From: Paramecium tetraurelia
Taxonomy: Eukaryota
DNA length: 64,000 bases
Assembly (NCBI GenBank): GCA_000165425.1
Contig: CT868318.1
Span: forward strand, 585,067-649,066
Reading direction: 5' to 3'
Below, one piece after another: positions 52,428-64,000 of this stretch. Numbering within the stretch: position 1 is the first letter of the stretch; each line of letters starts with the position of its first letter. Position numbers and translations under genes: made by a program. The notes under the pieces are model-generated. The model saw only the letters and a program-made list of their open reading frames with translations. It had not been told where the DNA came from and searched no databases.

Positions 52428-54711
52428 TCATAATAACTTTATGTTTCTAAATGAATTTTTAACAAAATTGAATATATTGATTGATATTCCCTATTAAAAT
52501 CGTTTTGCATATCTCATTTGAGCTTACCCATTTGCTTACACAATTGGGACATATAAATACTTATATTTACTGCTATTAAAAAGCTCATTACGAGTCATGT
52601 TATTCAATATGCATGTTATCTAATTTATAGAATAATCGATTTACTTCAACAAGCAATTCAAAGTTTAAAATAAAAGATAACCCTGTATTGATTAAAAATA
52701 TCACTGATTGGAATCTACTATATTAATCAATCAAGAAAAATATATTCGGAATTACAATAGCCAAAGAATTAATTTAGTCATAGTAATGCAAAAAAGTAAA
52801 TAAAAGATGAAAGTCAATCAAGATTGTAAATGAAAGAACAAATAGAAAATAAAAAAAATGGTTAGTTGAATTAATGCATTTACCAAAAAATTTAGAATGG
52901 AAGTGATAATCTTTAACCTAAATCTAAACTCAAATAAATTACACACATATTGCAACTTGAACAATGATAAGTTCTTGGTAGTTTATATGAAAGACATGTA
53001 AAGCAAATTCTATTCCAATCTATTCTGTGCAATAATTTAAACCTATTTGTCTCAAATAAAAAGTAAACAATATGAATTATCGTAAATCCGTTATACCATA
53101 GTGGATCATTAATTTCCAAAAGAGAATTTATTTCTTGCTTGAATTAATTGATTTTATTAGCAAATTTAAAATAGTAAGAAGGTTTTGTATGCATTTGATC
53201 TATTAAGTCTTCAACTGGCTTATAATTCAACTATAAAAAGTCTTTTAGAGTAATTCCTTCTAAAAACGATGGAGTCATGTCATTTTGATATAGATTAAAT
53301 TTCAATCGGCTATCTTTTTGAAATTTCTTCAAGAATTACTATTTTTCATTTAATCCCTCTTCTTCTTAATTATTATTAATATCTTCATTCTCTTCTTCCT
53401 CCTCTTCATTCCCATTCTCTTCCTACATTTATCCAGCATTCATAACCCCAGCTAAAGGCATATATTCGTCTGCTTAGAATCGTTGGTATCTTAAAGTTTC
53501 TTTCTATTATATCGGCTTTATTTCTATTTATTTCTATTCTTCCTCCTTTATAACAACATTAACCTCAGATGCTTCCCTGTTTTAGCTGCTTAGCTCTGGC
53601 ATTCTTTTTTAGATGAGTTTAGTTCCTTAATTCTAATTATCCGTAGTTTTCAGCATAAACCACACCACATAAAATATCAAATATAACATTCCAATTATAA
53701 AACCAATATCAAACATTAACCCTAAAAATCCATCATTCAAAGTCTAAAATAATTAAATGAATAATGTACTTTCTAAACTTCACTAATAATAAATAAAATT
53801 AGTTCAAAAAATATGAATAATACCAAACTCACTATCAAAATATACTTTTGATAGGTTTAAATAAATATTATTATTTTTTAATAGTTTTGACTAGACTCCA
53901 GCATTTTTTATATTTTAGCATACTTTATTAATTGTTTAATTCTTTCATTTGATTTTACTACATCTAAATCAATTGCATATTCGATTAGCTTTGGATTTTC
54001 TCTTAATAAAAATTTGATACTATCAATAGCGCAACTATTGATTGCTTTCGTTAATGGAGTTTATCCTTATTTATCAAACAGATTATATTCTAATTAAAAA
54101 GCATGATAAAATTAAAGCATAAAAACATCATTTTCAATGGCTGAATAATGAACAAAGGAATTTCCTGATGAATCTTATATATTTTAAAACTATCCTTTAG
54201 TTAGAAGATAAAATATTAAGGCGTATTTTTTATTCTTTATTGCGTATGTCAAAGGAGACATATTTGATAAATTTCTGTTATCTATAGAGCAACCTTAGTC
54301 AATTAAATATTTTGCGATATCAATATAACCAAAATTACAAGCAATTGCCAATGCATTTTGTTTTGTTTAAGTCATTAAATCCAGATTAGCTCCTCTTTAT
54401 TTCATCAATTTTAAACCATCTAGCTATCCTTAAGTTGCTAAATAATGAACAATGGCAAATCCTTATTGACTAAAGGAATTGTAATCTATGATGCCCTCAT
54501 AACTGTAGACTATATCAAAATTTCCTTAGACTATTGTTTCCCATAAATCTAATACAAATTCTTTTTCCTTTGGATTTTCAACTTCTGGGTTATTATTTTT
54601 GTCCTTTTCAACTTAAACTTCTTCCTTCTAATCTTATTGATTAATCTCAGATGTTTCATTTTATTCTTCTGATTATTTTTCATTATTGATTTTAATAAAA
54701 TCATCAGCCAT
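52428..54711 (-). CDS. Ankyrin-repeat DHHC-family protein (Akr1/ZDHHC17-like) with a degenerate active site
   Basis: Ankyrin repeats (AIVHYLATQGQLDGLKLM, NALAIACNFGYIDIAKYL), TM segments, Cys-rich domain ICFTCLSYKLPRTYHCSSCNMCVKDYHFHSKFFGKCINSTNH and TTxE-like NMTRNE. Confidence 0.85.
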
Positions 54712-55459
54712 TTATTATATAATGAATATTAATAATTTTAGAATGCCACATAGAAAATAATGATTATTATCTATAATGAATTAATATTTTGAAAAATTAA
54801 TCAAAAATTGATAAGAGTGCATATATAAATAGTTTTTAATGAAAAGACACAATCTTTTTATACATAATTGAAATTTGATAAATATACCCTTTTTTTTGAA
54901 GGGATGTTAAACAAAAAAATATTTTGGATTATTTTTTAATACTTTAGTTTCTAAACCACTATTATGTTTAAATTTATTTTAATAAATATTATGAAATTGG
55001 AGAAATAATATATATAAAAATGAGCATAAAAATTTGGCAAGTATTTTATAAATTTAAATAAAATCTAACTAATTATCCTGAATCTAGAAATTAGATTGCT
55101 TTCTAAAAGTAATTGTTAGAGTTTGTCTTAGATGTTTTTTTCTTCATATTTGAATTAATTATTATGTTAATATTTTGGCACTATGTTTACTTATTTTCTA
55201 AAGGATGTTCCATGTATATTTTATCAATCTATGACATTTAATTTTGAAGTGAAATGTCATTTGATGCAATCAGAATAGTCATTTTGATTTCTTCCTAATT
55301 GTTATACTTCCTTCACTGTTCTTATATTTATGCAATACCTTCTAAGTTAAGACTTGATTGACACAGTCATTTTACTCGAATTCTTCAGTTTGTATGTTTA
55401 TCATACATCGTTGATGCAAATCACTATATTTAAATTTATTCAATTATATATTATCTTAA

Positions 55460-56383
55460 TCATATAAATTTGATCCCACATTATTTGTTTGTGTGTTCAA
55501 TAAAAGTACTAGCGAGTTCTTTCGAAATCTGAGTTATTCCAAAGTATTTGGCAAAGTTCTACTCAATCTAATGTAAACTTAATTGTTGTCTGTTTACAAA
55601 ATATGAAATTATATATCTTTCAAAAATTTTGTTTTTCGATTTGACTTCTTATTCATATTTAACTTGTATTTAAGCATTAAATTTCTATCCATTGTAATTA
55701 GTTAAGCATATTGATATAGATTTGGTTTGCATTACGTCTTAATATAAACTGTAAGATTTAAGACCATCTGCAATCCAACCTATAGGGAATGATTGAGATT
55801 ATTAAATGTAATGGATAATCATATCTGAATTTATACCCAACATTTTCAACCACCATTTATTTACTATTCGATTGCATCCAATTACAATTTAATTATGATC
55901 AACAATAAATTCAATAATTTCTTGTGGTAACTCTAATTATTTTGGTGAAAATATATTTTTTTAATTCTCAAAACATACTTAAAAGTTTGAAACTTACTCT
56001 AAAAATAAATAAAAAGGAAAATTTATTTTTAATTCAAATATTTTATATTATTGAAAAGGCAGGCCGTGAACGATAAGTTCATTTTTTTAGTTTTACATTG
56101 CTATTATTTTGAAATATTAAGAAAAAATGTCTCTTAGCAAATACCCAAATGTCTGTCTAGATTTTTCGTTTGTATTCGAAACTTCCTGTTACTATTTTTC
56201 TTATTCAGCCAAAGGCCTTATTAATTCACAAATATATTTGGCTTCGTTTTTAAGCTTATTGGGACATTTCAACTCTTTGTGAATAGCCTTCCTATGTTTT
56301 TTTGAATTCACTCTCTTAATTTACTTGTTAAGGAGGTTGTTGAATTGAGACAAATCCATGGAAGGATCGATGGGATAATTCAT
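55460..56383 (-). CDS. Hypothetical protein (about 300 aa)
   Basis: MNYPIDPSMDLSQFNNLLNKQIKR...VNKWWLKMLGINSDMII...TNYNGQKFNAQIQVK...QCGIKFI TGA, open in ciliate code. Confidence 0.65.
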
Positions 56384-58632
56384 TAAAATTTTTAATTATC
56401 ATCATCAAAAGCAAAAGGCAATGATTTTTATACCAGAAAAATTGATAATATTGCATCATTTTTAGAAATAAGATTCAGGATTTTATAATTCAGGTAAAAA
56501 AGATTAAAAAATTTTTAAATAAATCGTATGAATGAAGCCTTTAATTAATTAAATTTGGATTATAATTATATGAGCAATTAGTTATTAAAAAATATTAATC
56601 ATCATATTTAATGATCTTAATTATTAGGAACCAAGTATTCTTGGGATTAATGCATAAGCATAATTAAATTTGAAAAGTTTGACTATCTAATTTAATTGAT
56701 AACAATTAATAAAATATATATGATCAAACTAATATTGTGATGATTGAAAAATAAAAAACATCATCGCCTATGATTTTTGAAATTTAAAGAAAAATGATCT
56801 TTAAAAAATAAAGTTGGATGCTATTTATGTTACTAATTTCATGTGAACTTAGTTCAAATCATAATCCTCAATTCCTTTATTGATTCCCAATCAAAATAAA
56901 AGATTAATGGAGAAAAAAGACTATGTATTTTCATAACAACCTTCTTCTAGCTTTGACATTATGAAATCTATTTCTATATTTAATCTTATTTTTCTATCCT
57001 AATGAGATTCCAATCATATTATCATCATTATAATTTTCTTAAGCTACTCTATTTTGCTAAGAAAAGGTCTAATATAAATCAGATATCCTTACTTCACTTT
57101 GGATAGGTAATTTTCATATAATGATTGTATCACTCTAGATTCTTAATAATTAATAATTCATCATCAATTTAAGCAGCTAAGCTTGATAATTGTTCCAGTC
57201 ATAATAATTTGTTATCTTCTAACTATATTATTAGCAAAGCTATCAAAATTTTAAGGAAAACAAGAATAATCAAGATAGCTCTACAAATATTCAGTCATAA
57301 AATTTATTAAGAAGAGGATATGTATAGAAATATTTCATTTAAACAATACTTTTTGGATAAAAAAGAACTTATATCTATAATTTTTAGAGATTTATTATTC
57401 TGATATGACTTTTCAATTTTTAAAAAGAAAATAAGTAATTATATTCTCACGTCAGTGAACCATTTTACATTACAAATACAATTTTTTTGATCCTCTTCCA
57501 TAGAAGTTTAGCAAAATTAGAAAATTGATTTCGATAAATTATTTCTAAACTTTATATGAGATACTAGTGTAATAATAATATGTAACAATCTAATAAAAAA
57601 ATATATTAGTGACAAGAATAATATTGTAATATTGTTAAAGATGGATTTAAAAATATAATCCAGATTTAAGTGATTCTTTTGTATCATTAAAACTTGATCT
57701 CCTTTTCTAATTTAATCATAAATTGTAAATAGATAGAAAAAAATAAATTGCTAAATCTTGTTAATATTTTTCATCATATGATTGTGAATTTAAATATATA
57801 AATTAATGAAATTTAATAAATGATTTTATATTATTAAATATAATTTTGATAATGATATCATTCATAATAATGTATTTATATTTAAGTTCAGATATAACTA
57901 ATTAATTTTTTCATATTTCTTATATATCTATAATTTTTTTGAAAAAAAAATCTAAATAGGAAATATGATTGATGAGTATATTCAAGATGAGCAGATCATA
58001 AGCAACTGAAATATATTTATAAGTAAAATCTATTGAAATTCAAACATATTAAGTTAATTTGAATTCTTCAGTATAGGATTATTTCGAATATTTGTAATAT
58101 CAAATGTTGCGTATTTCTAAATGTGAATCTGGTTAAAATTATGAAAAATAGAATACATTGGTATGATTTAGTTTAATTGAATACATTTAAGAGAAAATTT
58201 AGTAAAAGCATATAGTATTCTAACTAACATTTTATATTAAATATTGTAATTTTTATAATTATTAATTATGTATTAATAGGATTTAGATTAGTCAAGAAAT
58301 TTTTTATCAAATTCTGTTTTAACATAATTTTATAAATTTCTATTGTAACTTTTATCTATTTATCGCTTAATTATTGACATTTTTATTCGATTGAATTGAA
58401 GCGAAAAGTTAAGATTAAATTAACATTTTGCAGAATTGGCAAAATCAATAATCAATTATTAAACACATAAAATAATTTTGATTGTCCTAAACTTATATGC
58501 TTTTTATAAGGTTTTCCATTTTGAATTTTAAATGTATTTCTTTAGAATTTTGGTATGTGAGACACATGATTGTGTTATTTAATAAAATATAGACTTTAGT
58601 AATATATATAATTTATAATGCATATATTGATT

Positions 58633-60628
58633 TCATGATCTCGATCTCAAATAAGGAATAGAATTTGGCAAATCATCTGAACAGTCAACATCTACAATTG
58701 AGTGAGATCTCTTATAATCAGGTTCTGAAACTTAAAGGTTCAAACTCAGCTTTTAATTAAAGATTTAGTCTAGTTTGGTTTGATCCTTATTCAAAGTGTA
58801 GAACAATTCAATAATATCTTCATCTAAGATTTCAATTATGTTTTTATCTATTTAGCTTAATTCCTTTTTCTTTTTTAATTTTGCAAAAGATATAAATGCC
58901 TCTTGCAGCTTTAGGAGATCTGACTTTTCATCTTGCAATATAAATTAATATGCTTTTTTTGATTCAATTTCTTTAACTTTCTTTTCTGCATCATTTCCAA
59001 ATAGAGCAGAAGGAATCACAGGTTTTGGTAAATAATTGAATAATTGCAATTAATCTTCATTCAATAAAACCAATTTCAATTTGTCTATCTCATAAATTTT
59101 AGATATTATATAAGCAACATCTAATTTCGACATAAATTTATCAGTTGCATACTATATTTACATTTATTCTTTTTTCTTACATCCAAAACTCATAACAATC
59201 ATATCTCTTAAGGTTAAATTTAGTGATTATTTTTTAGACTTTAAAAATTAACTCATAGTTTTCGAGTCTTAAATTTTATCAAAATTCTTCGACTTAAGAG
59301 ATTTTCCTAAAGATTTTGAAAACGAAGATTTTTTCATGTCAAAGTCTATTACTCGTTGAGATGATTATTATTTAGGTGATTAAATAACATAATTCTCTTG
59401 GACATTTTGATCATCATCAAAAAAATCATTTGCATCCTCGAATCTGAATAATTTGTTTGCCATCTGAAGATTCATAAATTTCTAAATCAATGGTCTTAAA
59501 ATAGAACAAATAGATAAAAACAAAACCTGATAGAGTCCTCCTATTGTACTTAAGATGGCTTATACTTTAGCATAGGATCTAGAATATTCAGCCTATCTTT
59601 GATCCAAAGTGATGTAATGAAGAACTATAAATTGATCGTTGTATTCCTCTTGCGACTCACGATTAGTATACTAAATCAAACTTGAAGTCTCAGTCTTATC
59701 ATCAGTAATTAGTCCATTATCGGTTATGACATTAGTGACTTTTAAATTTTAAATTATGGTTTTTGAATTTGCTATTGACATTGTTGTATATTAAAGTGAG
59801 ATATATTCTGAAAACGGATAACCAGGCTGCTTCATTTGCACCAGGTTATCTGACAAGTGGACCACATAGTAACCTGTTTTCAATTCTTTTTAGATGTTTT
59901 CGATAGGTGCACATTAGTTATAAGTAGTAGAGTTCTTGCACTCCTAAATCATAATTGTGATATATTAATAAGATTTGCCAGCAATTTAACCTTGCAGAAT
60001 CTAGTGAATATCTATAATAAGTTACTGGAGGAGATTTTTGCCATTATTCATAGTTTAAACATTGGGTATAACCTAAATTGATGGATGAAAAATATTGTTT
60101 TTAAATATTTGTAACAAAGTGTTTATCACTGCATGCTTCTGTTGGATATTCTGTACAACTTTGATACTAAAATCATAAGATACTTCTGCTAAATTTTAGT
60201 TTTTCCTGTTGTTTCATCAATCACTCTTAATCTCACACAGTTTCTCACTGTAAGAGTAAAATGTGTATTTAAAGTTGAAAGAGCATTCAAACTAAGATTT
60301 GCAACTGAAATTGCCATCGTAAAGTTATTCATCAATAAAGGAACAGGCTTCAATAATTAAATAGTCTTACAGCAGTGTCTGCCATTTAATACTCTGAAAA
60401 TACAACAACCGGGCTTTTTCGATCATATAATTATTTGATTTAATAAATTAAATAAAGTACACAGATTGTGGTGATGGCTGATGAACAAAAGAAGCCAGTT
60501 GATGTAGTGAATTTATTTTTTTTTAAAATCCTTAATACCGGAGGTTGTCCAAACATATCTAATCCACTCAAAAATCCCTATACACTATTTTTTAACATAT
60601 GTGAGTTCTTTTTTTGGTACTTTAACAT
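58633..60628 (-). CDS. Two-TM membrane protein with a large Cys-containing ectodomain (ciliate-type transmembrane family)
   Basis: LDMFGQPPVLRI...FTTSTGFFCS, TM1, a loop of about 300 aa, RSYAKVQAILSTIGGLYQVLF (TM2) and cytosolic KLDVAYIISKIYEIDKLKLVLLNEDQLQLFNYLPKPVI. Confidence 0.8.
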
Positions 60629-60689
60629 AATTTCTCTATTTTATATTCTGAAAAAGCAATTATTTATTTTAACTTAAATTCCTTTGATA

Positions 60690-61204
60690 ATGGATTTTAC
60701 AAAGACTAAAACCAAAGATGTAGCTGATCCTAATCAAAATGAAGATGACTCATATGTTAAAGAGATGAAATGTAAAACTAAAACATACTCATTAAAGCTA
60801 GATTGTTGATTAAAAAACATAAGGGAACTTTAGGTGAAGAAAATCTTGGAAACTTCTATATCGAAGATGAATAAGATACTGATAGATAAATAAGGTTTAG
60901 AATTGAGTATTCAGTTAATTTTTGGGTAAACAAACAATCTTATCAAAATTAGAGTGCATTACTTTTAGCAGCAGTTCTATCAAGATCTATTTATCCATTT
61001 AGTGTTAGATTCGTCAAAAATAGGTTGAAGCTTTAGGGGTTTCTCAATATTCATATGGTTTAACTCCAACTTTATTTTTAGGCTATATTACCTTTTATTT
61101 TTATATCAAATGGACTTGTCTTAGGAGTATATGAAGGTCTATGGGCTAAATATTGGTTCGATAAAGAAGTTGAGTTTAAGAAAAAATAATACACAAGATT
61201 ATGA
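60690..61204 (+). CDS. Small hypothetical membrane protein
   Basis: MDFTKTKTKDVADPNQ..., a 26-nt intron, two hydrophobic stretches, ending KKQYTRL TGA. Confidence 0.6.
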
Positions 61205-62682
61205 TAGTGACTAATCATTGCTTTATGTTTTCTTTAAAATTTAAACTTTTGAACATTGTAATAATTAAAGAAACAGTCTAATTAATTTTAATAATGCAAA
61301 CACTTCTATTATTGTTTTTGTATTTATGTATAATACAATCTATTCAGAAAAATTATGACAATTTTTTTTCTATTTAAGAAAGTCTACGGTTTATCAATGA
61401 ATATCTTTATATCCTTATTTAGATTGAGTTTTATTGAATGATTCAACACAAAATAAAAGTCTTTATTGGGCATTAATTTAATATATAAATAAATTCTGTA
61501 TAATCAAGAAATAGTAGAGTAGAGTGAAATTTCACTCTTAGGCTGTTCTTGATTCATTATTTGAGAAATAGGGAAATAATATGTAATTGAACTATATCTC
61601 AAACATGAAATGAAATCAATAATATCAACCATTATATTTTAATCTGAATTTTCGTATTCCTTTATTAATTTTCAGATTTTTAAATTCTCTTATTTAGATT
61701 TATTATCATTTAATTTTTATCTGGTATATAGTAAGCTTAATATGTTTATAATTTTCGTAAATTTAGTAAGCTGGTGTGATTTTTTTTATAAATTCGTGAG
61801 ACAGATGTATAAAAATTATCTGTTTAGACCCTAACTTAGGGGTGGAATTTGAAGAACGCTTAAATTAATCGAATGGCTTTGTTGTAGAGGTTAATACGTT
61901 TATTAAATCATTATTCTTCACCATGATCATTTTCTTTGATATTATAATATTAGATATCATTTCTTAAAGTAATTATAATTAAGTACACTTAATGTACAGG
62001 TCTCATTTATTTCAGACTAGAGTTATAATTAAATATTAATATTAATATTTTAGCATGAATCTATCTCTATCTAAAGAGAAAAAATAAGCTATTCTATTAT
62101 TTAATTTATAGTATTAGGAAAGAGTCAAGGGTGATGGATTAATTGATTTGAATTTAAATTGTTACTAAATGGAAACAGCCGTTTATACTTATATTATATT
62201 TTGCTTAAATAATAAGAACTTTATTGATGATCATATTAGCATTAATTTAAATACTTTTCATTTCAATTTGTTAAGTAGATATGTGTGTATCTTCCTGATA
62301 CCTATATAAATTTTTAATTCATTTTGAGTTACTAAATGATCCAATTATAGTTTTTTTAACATATAATTTTTCTTTGCTATAGAACTTATCCAACTCACAC
62401 TAAATCATGAAATTAAAATGTATAATTTTTTTAAACTTAATATAATTAGTTTATAAATATAGTATTTAGTTATGACTAAAAAAAAAGTATATATAGGTAC
62501 TTATTAATAATAAATATGGATAAAAAATAATTTATAAATATGATATAAATGAGTTAATTCTTGAGAAATTATTGGATTAACATATGAACACTCAAAGTAT
62601 TTATTAAAAATATAAAGTTAAGTATAATAAAAGAGGCGAATATAATATCCTCTCTGAAAATAAATAAATAAAATTAATTGAT

Positions 62683-63891
62683 TCATTTTTTAAATATGTT
62701 TGTTGAATTATAGAGTTAGGATTGACACTCTTATTGTTTAATGTTTGATACAAATAAACCATCTTATTATTTAAATTGATCAAGAAAGTCAGAATTATTT
62801 AATTAAAGTGAATTAAATAGATTTAGGTTTGGTTGTTAGTTCGATTAAAATGGCAACATAAATTAGGCTGAAAATTACAATTATGGATTTTATTGAAGAT
62901 TAATTGATTAAAATGATTAGTCTTATTGATAAATTTCTTATTATTGTTGTTGTTGTTGTTGTTGTTGTTGTTATTATTATTATTATTATTGTTATTCTTT
63001 ATCTTGGAGTTTATCATTCTTTTTTTAAGTTTTAGTATCATTGCTTTAATAAGGAGGAGATAATTAAATGATTGAATCTACCAATGCATTATAATCAAGT
63101 TGGAGATCATGTTTACCATCCTTTGGCATTCTCATGAGTTTACAGAATAGTTTATTAATAATCCTTGGTGCAGTTCTTAATGCTCCATTCATATAGGTTT
63201 ATCTCCAATTTTCTATAAACTTTTTAAAACTACGCATATTGAATGTATTTACTCATCATTGCAATATGACTGAATATGTTAGGTAATTAGTAAAATGTCT
63301 TAATCATTTGATTCATTAAAAAAACATTTAATCGTGTAGCCACAGCATACTAAAAAGAGCAAAAGCTTTTTATATCCTTCTAGGTTGTAGATCTAAGAAT
63401 TAAAATAGATTTACTTCAGAATTACATAAAAAGTCTTACTTAAAATATTATATGAAATTTTAAATGAGAGGGTCATCGTCAAATCTCCACTTCTATGATT
63501 CAATAATATGGAGAAAGAATATAACCTCGAGTTCATTGAACATGAACTTTTTTGTTACTCCTCTAAGCATTTTGAATAAGGGTTAAGCTGTGGCAGCTTA
63601 AGAAGCACTTTCTAAGGAAGCAAAACGACTTAGCATTTAATTAATAAGAAATGAGTAGCATTAATCTGTATATGCAATACACTTAGCATCATATTCTTTT
63701 TGTAATACAAATTTGTTCTTTTTTTATTCATTTTTTGAATTAGATTGCTAGATATCCTTGAATGATTAATTAGTTTATTCTTGAGTTACTAAAATTCGTT
63801 TATTAAGAGGTTCTTCAAATTATTGAGTGCCATTGTCTAAACAGATTCTTGGTGTTTCTTTGACTATGTAGGTAGGGTATTTTTTATTCAT
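62683..63891 (-). CDS. Hypothetical protein with a helical (possibly cyclin-like) core and polyQ tail
   Basis: MNKKYPTYIVKETPR...FMFNELEVIFFLHII...LLLFLVCCGYTIKCFFNE, with introns of 22 and 23 nt, a Q19 tract and TGA 62683-62685. Confidence 0.7.
62938..62994 (-). repeat. Coding (CAA/TAA)19 trinucleotide repeat encoding polyglutamine
   Basis: The plus strand reads tta x2, ttg x9, tta x6, ttg, tta, flanked by in-frame GAA codons on the minus strand. Confidence 0.85.
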
Positions 63892-64000
63892 ATAAATTGT
63901 ATTTATAAGTATATTATAAAGTTTAAGTTAAAGTAAATCATTTTTATTAAATATTATTTGGTTCTAAGAAATGATCAGAATGATGATTTAATAGCACTGA

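Noticed and set aside
61829..61845. CCCTAACTTAGGG hairpin resembling telomeric repeats
   Set aside because: It is a single copy, and Paramecium telomeres are TT(T/G)GGG rather than TTAGGG. Likely chance.
1..64000. tRNA, rRNA, CRISPR arrays, transposase ORFs
   Set aside because: None recognised by eye. Small ncRNAs in the AT-rich gaps cannot be excluded without tRNAscan-SE or Infernal.

Overview
This is AT-rich, gene-dense eukaryotic DNA from a ciliate, almost certainly Paramecium. TAA/TAG read as Gln, TGA is the only stop, and genes carry 21-32 nt GT..AG introns, so the standard-code ORF track shows only fragments or wrong-frame ORFs. Translating by eye with the ciliate code gives about 30 genes. 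They include a Pirh2/RCHY1-like CHY-RING protein, ornithine decarboxylase, an MFS transporter, a histidine kinase-like protein, a cyclin, TrpRS, PDI, CFAP45, NAA25/MDM20, TOG/CLASP-like and SAXO-like proteins, WDR92, an LRR protein, RNase T2, a cathepsin L-like protease, a 12-kb axonemal dynein heavy chain, CISD3 and an ankyrin-DHHC-like protein. The most striking signal is in the ODC gene. It is interrupted by a 67-bp TA-bounded element with IES-type inverted ends (2871-2939), and precise excision restores the reading frame. I found no such insertion in the other genes, which look IES-free (macronuclear). The same gene has a 1-nt frameshift inside its DIGGGF motif. Other oddities are a DHHC domain lacking the catalytic Cys, a CISD3 whose second cluster motif lacks the His, and a possible ENaC/P2X-topology two-TM protein. 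All coordinates and translations are manual and no database search was run.
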